From Candidatus Bathyarchaeum tardum (GTDB lineage Archaea; Thermoproteota; Bathyarchaeia; Bathyarchaeales; Bathyarchaeaceae), in NCBI GenBank assembly GCA_024650005.2, contig CP122380.1:928001-992000 (forward strand): 64,000 nt of DNA. The letters are read 5' to 3'. The notes beneath the pieces are model-generated. The model searched no databases. It was not told the DNA's origin and saw only the letters and a list, made by a program, of their open reading frames with translations. Shown here piece after piece: positions 1 through 7,876 of the stretch (positions are counted from its first letter, which is position 1; every line of letters begins with the position of its first letter). The position numbers and the translations under genes are program-made.

Positions 1-1585
1 TTTTTTCTCCCATTAGGTGCCGGAGAGCCTCCCATATTTGGAAATATTTGTTTGTAACAATAACAGCGTCTAATCCTCTATAATCAAAGCTTTCAATTCC
101 TCTTAATTCAAAATATATCCAATAATTGAAGAGTATTCCCACGTCTAAACTAAGCAAGGGTCCATACTCTTTCCACTTTTGAATTAATTCTTCGCTTAAT
201 GGGTTACAAAAATGTGGACTCCAATTTTGGATATTTGGAACTGCTAATGGTTTGTAGCGATTTGAACAGGGTAAGTTTAGCCACTCGCAGAGGTCTTTTG
301 CTAAAAGAACAAGATTTTGTTTTTGATTTTCAGAAAAAAGGCTCGCATAGAAAGTGCCTTCAATCATTAAATCTAGAGCATTCAAAGATTCCCTTAAGTA
401 TGATCCAATGTTGTCTGAATTTAGAGTCAATTGTTTATGTTTAGCTATTACATCTTCAAATCTTCTTTTTGATCTTGAATAGAAATCTTCAGGGTTTGTT
501 GCTTCTATTCGGCGCGACACTGGATGCCAAACCCATGAAACGTGTCCAAGCCTCATTAATTCAGGATTGATTAGAAAATCGATGCTCTCATCTTCTCCCT
601 TTCTCTGGGTTAGCCATTTTGGCAAAGGATTGTGAAGTCTTCGAGCGAAATACCATAATCTTCGTCTAGCAGCATCGTCCAGTTTATAGTTTTCAAGTTT
701 TGGAATTACTGCACCTGTGCGATTCAAGTCACCTATGGCTAACAGATTTCCTTGGGTGTCAAATATTTCATAACGAGTTGCTCCATTCCAATTATGAGGA
801 ATATCAAAAATTAGTTTTCCATTTTTGATTATCGCTTCTATCATAAAATCTAAACCGTAAAGGCGAACTCTAACTGGTGTTCCGTCTTGGAGTCCTGGAC
901 ATGCTATTATTCCTTCTCGAATTGAATTTTCATACCCCCATTTTGCTACCAGAATGTTTTGTTCTTTAGGTTTTTCTTGTTCTTCATCTTCAGAAAAATG
1001 AATGTCTGCCCAACTAACTTCAGTTAAACCTACTGATTTGTCGAAGAGTTGAGTCCAATTCCAATTTGCGGAAGGAGGAATAAGACAGGCTGCTTCTACG
1101 TTTCCGCCATCTTTTGCACTTTTAGTGAGGGCTGCCTCAGTGAAGTTGGGGCTTCCATAAAGTGTCCAATCTCCCTCATCTGTATGGAAAATGTAGATTT
1201 TTGCGTGTAGGGGTCTATGTCCGTCTGTTTCAATTTTTTTGATTTGAAATTGTTGGTAAGCTGATTTTGCGTCTACATTTACTGAGAATCGTGAAGGATC
1301 AATTATGAACATGGCTTTCTTATCAAAGAGGTTAAGGGTTTTTTCTATAAAGTAGCTGTTGGATGAGTGAGTGGGAGCAATTATTGTGATTTGGTTAGTT
1401 GATGGTATTTGCTCTATTACCTGAGTCAAGATTGGTCTTTTGAATGAGTGAAGAAATGTGTGGTTGCATTGTTCTGTTTTTCCTGGTTCAATGGTTTTAA
1501 TGTAATCGATTAGGTTTAGAATTTCGTTTTTCGGTGTTGGATCTGTGGGTATGCATTCGGTTAATCCTTGGAGTAAATCTTTCAT
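1..1585 (-). CDS. Phospholipase D (HKD)-superfamily protein, probably N-terminally truncated and running off the left window edge
   Basis: Not in the ORF track. Manual translation gives an unbroken frame from ATG 1585 to the edge containing RPLHAKIYIFHTDEGDWTLYGSPNFTEAAL...GGNVEAA (HxK...GSxN motif). Confidence 0.75.
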   Translation of the reverse strand, partial: MKDLLQGLTECIPTDPTPKNEILNLIDYIKTIEPGKTEQCNHTFLHSFKRPILTQVIEQIPSTNQITIIAPTHSSNSYFIEKTLNLFDKKAMFIIDPSRFSVNVDAKSAYQQFQIKKIETDGHRPLHAKIYIFHTDEGDWTLYGSPNFTEAALTKSAKDGGNVEAACLIPPSANWNWTQLFDKSVGLTEVSWADIHFSEDEEQEKPKEQNILVAKWGYENSIREGIIACPGLQDGTPVRVRLYGLDFMIEAIIKNGKLIFDIPHNWNGATRYEIFDTQGNLLAIGDLNRTGAVIPKLENYKLDDAARRRLWYFARRLHNPLPKWLTQRKGEDESIDFLINPELMRLGHVSWVWHPVSRRIEATNPEDFYSRSKRRFEDVIAKHKQLTLNSDNIGSYLRESLNALDLMIEGTFYASLFSENQKQNLVLLAKDLCEWLNLPCSNRYKPLAVPNIQNWSPHFCNPLSEELIQKWKEYGPLLSLDVGILFNYWIYFELRGIESFDYRGLDAVIVTNKYFQIWEALRHLMGEK

Positions 1586-2306
1586 GGAGAAGATTAAGCG
1601 CCAATTCGGCGAGGATCCAATGCGCTGGAGAAGGGAAATGGAAGCAGAATGGGCAGAAGATGAAGATACCTGGCTGCCGATGTCGCTGATAGCTAGTTGC
1701 ATTGGAACAGAGAAAAACTGTGGAGAAGATCTGCAGCCGTGGGATACAAGCAAAGGTTATAGTGGAGAACTGTTTGCTGGTTTGGATCTTGCTCAGACCC
1801 GTGATTATTGTGTTTTAGCAGTTTCTGAAAGAGTAAATGACAGGTTATTTTTGCGCCATTTGAAGGTGTTCCAGCAGCCTACAAAGTATGCGACTGTGAT
1901 TGGGTATTTGAGGGCGTTGCAGGACAGGTGGGAGGGTTTTCAAAGAGTTAGAGTTGACAACACTCGAGAAGGTACTTCGATTATTTCGGATATGGAAGAG
2001 GCTGGAATCAACAACGTAGAGGGAGTTACTTTCAATACTTCCCGTAAAAGCGAGATGGCCAGCTTGCTCAAAGAGCGGATGATGACTCAAAGATTCTTCT
2101 ATCCGTTTCTGACTTGGGAAAGACCCTATCGAGGAGATATCTGCAGCGAAATGAATATTGAACGCTTTGAGCTGCGCAGGGATGGCGCCCTTAGTTTTAG
2201 TCATCCTCATGGGACACATGACGATGTGTGGTGGGCAGTTGGCCTTTCAGTTTATGCTACTATTGAAATGAAAAAACTGGAGCTAGAAGCGTTTGCCTTC
2301 GGGTAG
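1584..2306 (+). pseudogene. Terminase large subunit, C-terminal RNase H-like nuclease domain only (ATPase domain missing)
   Basis: REMEAEW linker, GLDLAQTRDY, RVDNT and HDDVWWAVGL motifs typical of TerL nuclease domains; no Walker A/B domain upstream. Confidence 0.75.
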
Positions 2307-2460
2307 GTGAGGATGTGTTGATTGATTTGATTAATTTTGTTGTTGGTTGTTTGGCTAGTTTCGCTCTGGGTTTGGCAGCTCACAGCATCTATCTGCATGA
2401 GAAAAAACGTCACGGTTGGAAGTTTCCATGGGACCATAACGAAGACAAGGAGAAAGAAGA

Positions 2461-3885
2461 ATGAGGCACGGAAGAGAATATTTTAGAATCAACAAATTTG
2501 CTAGGCGATACGATCGAGAGTCTGGTAAGTTCACTTTCAATATTGGTTATGAAACCAAGACCGACATTACTGACCGGACTGTTGAGGTTGCTGAAGCCTT
2601 CGGAATGGGAATTTCCGAGTTTCAGGAGCATGTTCTTTACGATAATGTGGAACTAAAGATTGGTCCAAAAGATATTGTGTATTTGACTGGTGATAGCGGT
2701 TCTGGAAAAAGTGTGCTGCTAAAAGCTATTGTTGGCGATCTAAAAGCTGATGAAGCTACAAGACTAAATGAGGTTGAAGTGGATCCGGATAAACCATTGA
2801 TTGATACTGTAGGCGATACAGTTGAAGAGGGCTTGAAACTTCTGTCTAAAGTGGGGTTGAATGATGCTTTCCTGTTTGTTCGCCGTTATAGCCAACTCAG
2901 CGATGGACAAAAATATCGATATAGACTAGCTAAATTGATTGAGTCAGGGGCTCAATGGTGGATCATGGACGAGTTCTGCGCCACCTTAGACCGAGAAACT
3001 GCTAAAATAGTTGCATATAATGTTCAAAAGCTCGCTCGCCAACTCGGCAAAGCAGTAGTTGCGGCTACAACTCACACAGATCTTTTTGAAGATTTAGCAC
3101 CATCGGTACATATTCACAAGAGATTTGGCAGCGAAGTAACTGTCAACTATTACCCAAACAAAACTAGACCGCAATGCAGTTTGCTCGAAGAAATGACTGT
3201 CGAAGAGGGATCTTATGAGGATTGGAAGCAAGTCTCAGGTTTTCATTATCGCAGTCATAGGGTAGCTTTTATTCAGAAGATATTTGTTTTGAAGAGGGGA
3301 GACTGCGTTTGTGGAGCTGTCGTTTATGTTTGTCCTATGAGTGCTGCCCCTTGTCGAAGTAGGATTTTGAAGCTTGAAACGATGAAAGATCTGAATGAGA
3401 AACTAACACGGATTGCCCGAGTTGTTATTCATCCAAAATATAGAACGATCGGTGCATCTGTTAATCTTCTACGTGAATCGTTACCTCTTTGTGGAAAACC
3501 AAATGTAGAGATGATTGCGGTAATGGCACGTTACAATCCCTTTGCAGAACATGCTGGAATGGTGAGAGTGTGTAATTCTAAACCCGACAAAACAATTCTT
3601 GAAGCTATATCAAAACTCGAAAAACTAGGGCTCACATCTTATCTTTTGTCAGTTCCAGAATACAACAAACAGAAGCTGAAGGGAAACGTGACATCAGTAA
3701 AAGAAATTCTAGAAAAATTCAGTTATCCCTATAACCGAAGAATTGCTGGAGCACATGGAAACTTTACAAAAGGCGACTATTTCAAATGGTTGCAAAATAC
3801 TGAAGAATCAGAGTTAGCTCGAGCATTAACTAGGTTAGCACAACTTAATCAATCAAAAGTTTACTTGTTTTGGAAAAGACAATAG
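2461..3885 (+). CDS. ABC-type ATPase fused to a GNAT acetyltransferase domain (COG2401-like)
   Basis: Walker A GDSGSGKS, signature LSDGQKYR, Walker B IMDEF, H-loop ATTH, then GNAT motif A RVVIHPKYRTIG. Confidence 0.85.
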   Translation: MRHGREYFRINKFARRYDRESGKFTFNIGYETKTDITDRTVEVAEAFGMGISEFQEHVLYDNVELKIGPKDIVYLTGDSGSGKSVLLKAIVGDLKADEATRLNEVEVDPDKPLIDTVGDTVEEGLKLLSKVGLNDAFLFVRRYSQLSDGQKYRYRLAKLIESGAQWWIMDEFCATLDRETAKIVAYNVQKLARQLGKAVVAATTHTDLFEDLAPSVHIHKRFGSEVTVNYYPNKTRPQCSLLEEMTVEEGSYEDWKQVSGFHYRSHRVAFIQKIFVLKRGDCVCGAVVYVCPMSAAPCRSRILKLETMKDLNEKLTRIARVVIHPKYRTIGASVNLLRESLPLCGKPNVEMIAVMARYNPFAEHAGMVRVCNSKPDKTILEAISKLEKLGLTSYLLSVPEYNKQKLKGNVTSVKEILEKFSYPYNRRIAGAHGNFTKGDYFKWLQNTEESELARALTRLAQLNQSKVYLFWKRQ

Positions 3886-3930
3886 TGCAATATTTTGACC
3901 ATTAACAAAAAAGCAATATTTTAACTCAGG

Positions 3931-4026
3931 CGGTGTGAAGGGAATGCCTTACGGTTATCTGTCATATCTGTGTAACCTAAACTGCTCTTTAATTGTATAC
4001 ATAGTTTAGGTACATTCCTTTCCCAC
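3931..4026 (+). other. Nested imperfect inverted repeat (two-stem hairpin) downstream of the ABC-GNAT gene
   Basis: cggtgtgaagggaatg pairs with cattcctttcccactg (two G-U on +); inner acctaaact pairs with agtttaggt. Confidence 0.45.
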
Positions 4027-4156
4027 TGATATTTGTGTAAAAAGGAAAAAAGAAAATCTCATACATAAATACAGAAAATATGTGTTTGCGCTAAATCGTG
4101 TATAAACTTCAAAGAATGCGGTGAAGTTCCGATAACTTAATGTTTGTAGAAAGAAA

Positions 4157-4320
4157 ATAAGAAATGGGTTTGCTGAGGCTCAGGCACATTGTTGAAGGTG
4201 AAAAAATGAAAAAACCATGCTACTATCACTTCGATTTTGATTTTTCATTTTATGCTTGAGCCTTTTCAGCCCCATTTCTATCTTTGATTTTTACTCCCAA
4301 AAAAAGGGGAGGAAATTGGT
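4157..4320. repeat. Conserved structured 3'-flank element, copy A (candidate ncRNA or cis-element)
   Basis: 32 bp identical to 7708-7739; 57 bp with one mismatch to 7816-7872; ends pair (agaaatggg...cccatttct, gctga...tcagc, gctcag...ttgagc). Confidence 0.8.
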
Positions 4321-6837
4321 TTATTTCCTTCTAAGCATCCAATAAGCTGCTACACCGATTACTGAGACCGCGGCAACAGCGATCACGATTGCAATTTCAG
4401 TTGTGATCAACGGTGTTTCTGGTTGGGTTGGTTCAATAGGTGCTACCGGGGTTTCTGGTTCTTCAGGTTCAATAGGTGCTGCTGGTGTAGGAGCTGGGTC
4501 TATAGTTATGTATGTTGTAGATGTTGAGCCATAGTATGAAGCTGAGCCTTCAAAAGTGGTTATGATTAGGTATTGGCCTTCAACTTGGGGCCTAAATGAA
4601 TAACCGTAGTTGCCGTAAACATCAGTTGTTGCAGTTCCAATCCATTCGTAATGACCATTAGGGTCAACGATTTCAATTTTCACTGGAACTCCAGTTACGT
4701 CAGCTGGTTGTTCGTATTGATTGTAAACATAGGTCATCCAAGCCGTCATGTCTGAGTCTGAGACTGCTGGGACTCCGTTAGGGAATCTGAGTTTAATTAA
4801 TTCTTCTTGTGTTCCTGGAGATATGTCAGTTACCATGCCCCGAAGTACCACAGATGAGCCAGCAGTTACACCTGTCAGGGGTGCTTCAAGGGTTATTGCA
4901 GAGGGTCCTTTTCCTACAGCATATACTGCTTGGTCGTATGTGTTTTGCATAACTATTGTGCTGTCACCAATTATTGAATGAGTACTCCATTCACCTTGGC
5001 GGTAGGGCAGTCTCCAGATTTCTGTTCCAGTTTCCAAGTCAATGCAGATATAGGGTGCTCCTCTTGGTTGGGGATCTCGGGGGTTGTGTTCTGTGTTTTC
5101 TATGTATAATTTTCCATCGGTTACTTGAGCAGGTCTGAATCTCCAGAAGTTGTTGTGTAATACTTCTGTGTACGGGTCTGGAATATCAAAAGTCCATTCG
5201 ACATTTCCCGTTTGGGCGTCATAACACCATACGGTTCCACCATAGTTTCCAGCAATGACTTTGTCTTCTGCAATTATGTCCCAGCTATTACCTGATGAGT
5301 GCCCCCAGTTGTCAGTGTAGTGCCGTTTGGCTGTTGGACCCCAAATCATTTCACCTGTGCTTAATCTGCGTCCCCAAGTTTGCCTTGTTTCTTTTGAGGA
5401 ATGGATAATTAGGTCTTGTTCAGCACTTACATCTTCAACTGTTACTGTTTGCACACCTGAAGGTAGTGTCCATGTTGTATCCCATATCAACTCAGCTTCT
5501 GCTTTCATTATGTCAACTTCTATTGCCCAAATGTGTGCAGGAGTTGGTGCTCTTCCACCTCTTTGGAAATCTGCACCTATAATGTAGTTTTCTCGAACTT
5601 TGTATACACTTCCTTCCATGTCAGATAATCCAGGAATGTTTATTGTCCATTCAATTCCATCTGTTGCGTCATAAACTTCTCCTTGAGGTCTCCAGCTTCC
5701 TTCATCTGAGACTACTCTACTAGAGTTCCATAGGGTCATTGTTCCTTGATTTTTATTTATATTGTATCTGTAGATTTCTCCTCTTGGTCCCCACACATTT
5801 GTGCCTGAGGGTACGTTTTCCATTGTGTATTCCCACCTTCCAGTCCAGGGGTCAAATGCGTGCCATGTGCTACCTGAAACTGTCCATAAGTATCCAAAGG
5901 CTCCATGATAGTTGTATGAGTCCCAATAGAATAATTGACCAAACGCAATTTTTTCAATTGTTCCGTCATAGGCTACTAGTTCACTTCGCCATAATTGTTT
6001 TCCAGTTTTTAGGTCTATAGCTACTACAGGTAATTCTATGTGTTCGGGTCCATATTGGTCTTCAAAGTTGTTGTAGAAAAGAATTCCACCAAGTATTACG
6101 GTTCCATGGAATTTTTCTTCATACGCGTCTCCTTGTTCAAAGGCAAGATTGCCAAATCCGCCTGCAAGACCTCCAGTGGTCATTTGGTGTCTCCATAAAA
6201 CGTGACCTGTTTCTGGAGCGTATTCATTTCCTTGCTTTACGATGTTGTGAGGTCCAGTGCCTGTGGGTAAACTAGAGTGTAAGTGGTTTCCTAATATTAC
6301 ATTCCATTCTCTTAGTTCGCCACCAACTGGTCTTCCCCAATATCCTTCAGGTAATTTATGGCCAGGGTAGAATTCAAGGGGTTCTTCGCGTACAATTAGT
6401 TCAACAGGTTCACTGTATGTTTCTTCCATGACTGTTCCTATTGGACCAATTCTGGCAGAGTTGAATGTTGTTACAGTTTCTGGGAACAGTGTACGAATTG
6501 TATATGTTCCAAGAGTTGTTGGTGTGTATAAGACTCCAGTTCCTCCAGTTGTGTCTGTAGTTATTGGTCCCAACATTTCGGTTGAGCCATCGGGTTTAAC
6601 AACTTCAACCATTAAACCCTCCCAGCCTACTACTGAGGTTGGTGTTGGATAGACGCTGCCGACGTGAAATAGTACAGGGTTATTCACTTGAACGGGGTTA
6701 GGCATTGCATTGATGTATGGATTAGGATCAACTGTTGCTTGAGCCATTGTTGGTAAAATAAATGACATTGTAGAAAAAACAAAAATTACAATCAATGAAA
6801 TTGTAATCATTTTGTTTGCAAGATATTTTTTAATCAT
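4321..6837 (-). CDS. Secreted, C-terminally membrane-anchored PQQ-type beta-propeller repeat protein (paralog A)
   Basis: Signal peptide; repeated A-x-D-x-x-TG-x-x-x-W propeller motifs; Ig-like flanking domains; Pro/Glu/Thr linker; TM helix with basic tail. Confidence 0.85.
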   Translation of the reverse strand: MIKKYLANKMITISLIVIFVFSTMSFILPTMAQATVDPNPYINAMPNPVQVNNPVLFHVGSVYPTPTSVVGWEGLMVEVVKPDGSTEMLGPITTDTTGGTGVLYTPTTLGTYTIRTLFPETVTTFNSARIGPIGTVMEETYSEPVELIVREEPLEFYPGHKLPEGYWGRPVGGELREWNVILGNHLHSSLPTGTGPHNIVKQGNEYAPETGHVLWRHQMTTGGLAGGFGNLAFEQGDAYEEKFHGTVILGGILFYNNFEDQYGPEHIELPVVAIDLKTGKQLWRSELVAYDGTIEKIAFGQLFYWDSYNYHGAFGYLWTVSGSTWHAFDPWTGRWEYTMENVPSGTNVWGPRGEIYRYNINKNQGTMTLWNSSRVVSDEGSWRPQGEVYDATDGIEWTINIPGLSDMEGSVYKVRENYIIGADFQRGGRAPTPAHIWAIEVDIMKAEAELIWDTTWTLPSGVQTVTVEDVSAEQDLIIHSSKETRQTWGRRLSTGEMIWGPTAKRHYTDNWGHSSGNSWDIIAEDKVIAGNYGGTVWCYDAQTGNVEWTFDIPDPYTEVLHNNFWRFRPAQVTDGKLYIENTEHNPRDPQPRGAPYICIDLETGTEIWRLPYRQGEWSTHSIIGDSTIVMQNTYDQAVYAVGKGPSAITLEAPLTGVTAGSSVVLRGMVTDISPGTQEELIKLRFPNGVPAVSDSDMTAWMTYVYNQYEQPADVTGVPVKIEIVDPNGHYEWIGTATTDVYGNYGYSFRPQVEGQYLIITTFEGSASYYGSTSTTYITIDPAPTPAAPIEPEEPETPVAPIEPTQPETPLITTEIAIVIAVAAVSVIGVAAYWMLRRK

Positions 6838-7037
6838 TTTTTATTCCTTCATATTTTGTGGTATAGATTACGCCTAGATTTGTTTTTAAATTTTTAGGTA
6901 TAATTGATTTTTTTCAAATATTTCGGTAAAAACAGCCAATATAATTACTGAAATTTTGGATTATTTTTTAATTGCTAAATGTAAAATATTGTTGAGAAAC
7001 ATTCATTTGGATCCACATGTGTAATGGTAAAAAAGGT
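6838..7037. promoter_or_regulatory. Duplicated 200-bp upstream (divergent promoter) block, copy A
   Basis: Ungapped alignment to 10373-10572 with about 14 mismatches by manual count; begins exactly at the start codon of the propeller gene. Confidence 0.8.
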
Positions 7038-7091
7038 AAAGAGTCGATGTCAATAACTTGGTTATAAGTAAAAATTATTTACTAGTAACTA

Positions 7092-7616
7092 GTGTTGAAT
7101 GAACATAATATTTTGATTTTAGATTGCACGAAGAATTCGTAACCTTCTGAAGGTCATCTACTTAAAGAGTTTTTTGAAATATGTAAACTTCATAGACCTG
7201 AAAGCTCCAATTCATTGTATTATAATATTACTTCCAAGAGACGTTTTTTAAATAAACTAAATTCGCGTAAGCATTACGACATTATTCACATAGCAGCTCA
7301 TGGAAATGAAGATTAAGTTGGATTGGGTAACAGATCAACTTGGTGGGCTAGACCAGAAGAGATAGAAAAAACAAATCAGTGCAGAATTAATTTGTGCAAA
7401 TGCATGTTTAGCAAACAAGAAAGTTTTGCTGAAGCATTTCAGGGTGCAGAATATTTTCTTGCTCCTAATGCAGAAATAGATTGGATCAAGGCTGCAATAT
7501 TTTCAGTAATGTTCTACAAGCGTTATATTGTTGATGGAGTTAGTCTTAGCAATGGTTTTGAGTATGCTAGAAAAAGAACTCAAACATGCACAGATTATCC
7601 AAATTATTGGCTCTAA
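7092..7616 (+). pseudogene. Degraded CHAT/caspase-like (His-Cys dyad) domain gene
   Basis: Frame from 7092 reads ...YDIIHIAAHG... with two in-frame TAA stops; candidate catalytic ANAC motif lies in a shifted frame near 7395. Confidence 0.55.
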
Positions 7617-7707
7617 AAGAAATTCAGTAATATTGTAAATATATACATTATTAGAAAATTATTTTTTATAAAAATTGTTAAGTGACAAAATTAATTTGCT
7701 AACTTTG

Positions 7708-7872
7708 ATAAGAAATGGGTTTGCTGAGGCTCAGGCACAGGGTTTTGTGAAGGAATGGAAAAATGAAATCAACCATCTACTATTCTTGGTGAATTTCATT
7801 TCCTGTGTTGAGCAATTTCAGCCCCATTTCTATCATTGATTTTTACTCCCAAAAAAAGGGGAGGAAATTGGT
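7708..7872. repeat. Conserved structured 3'-flank element, copy B
   Basis: Same terminal stems as 4157-4320; central part diverged but still self-complementary (cacagg/cctgtg, aatgaaat/atttcatt, acca/tggt). Confidence 0.8.
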
Positions 7873-7876
7873 GTAG

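Noticed and set aside
199-444. 81-aa plus-strand ORF
   Set aside because: Antisense to the long PLD-family frame.
4157-7872. Classical integron attC sites
   Set aside because: No RYYYAAC/GTTRRRY boxes at the hairpin ends, the genes carry their own upstream regions, and I see no IntI-type features in the integrase; only a functional analogy is kept.
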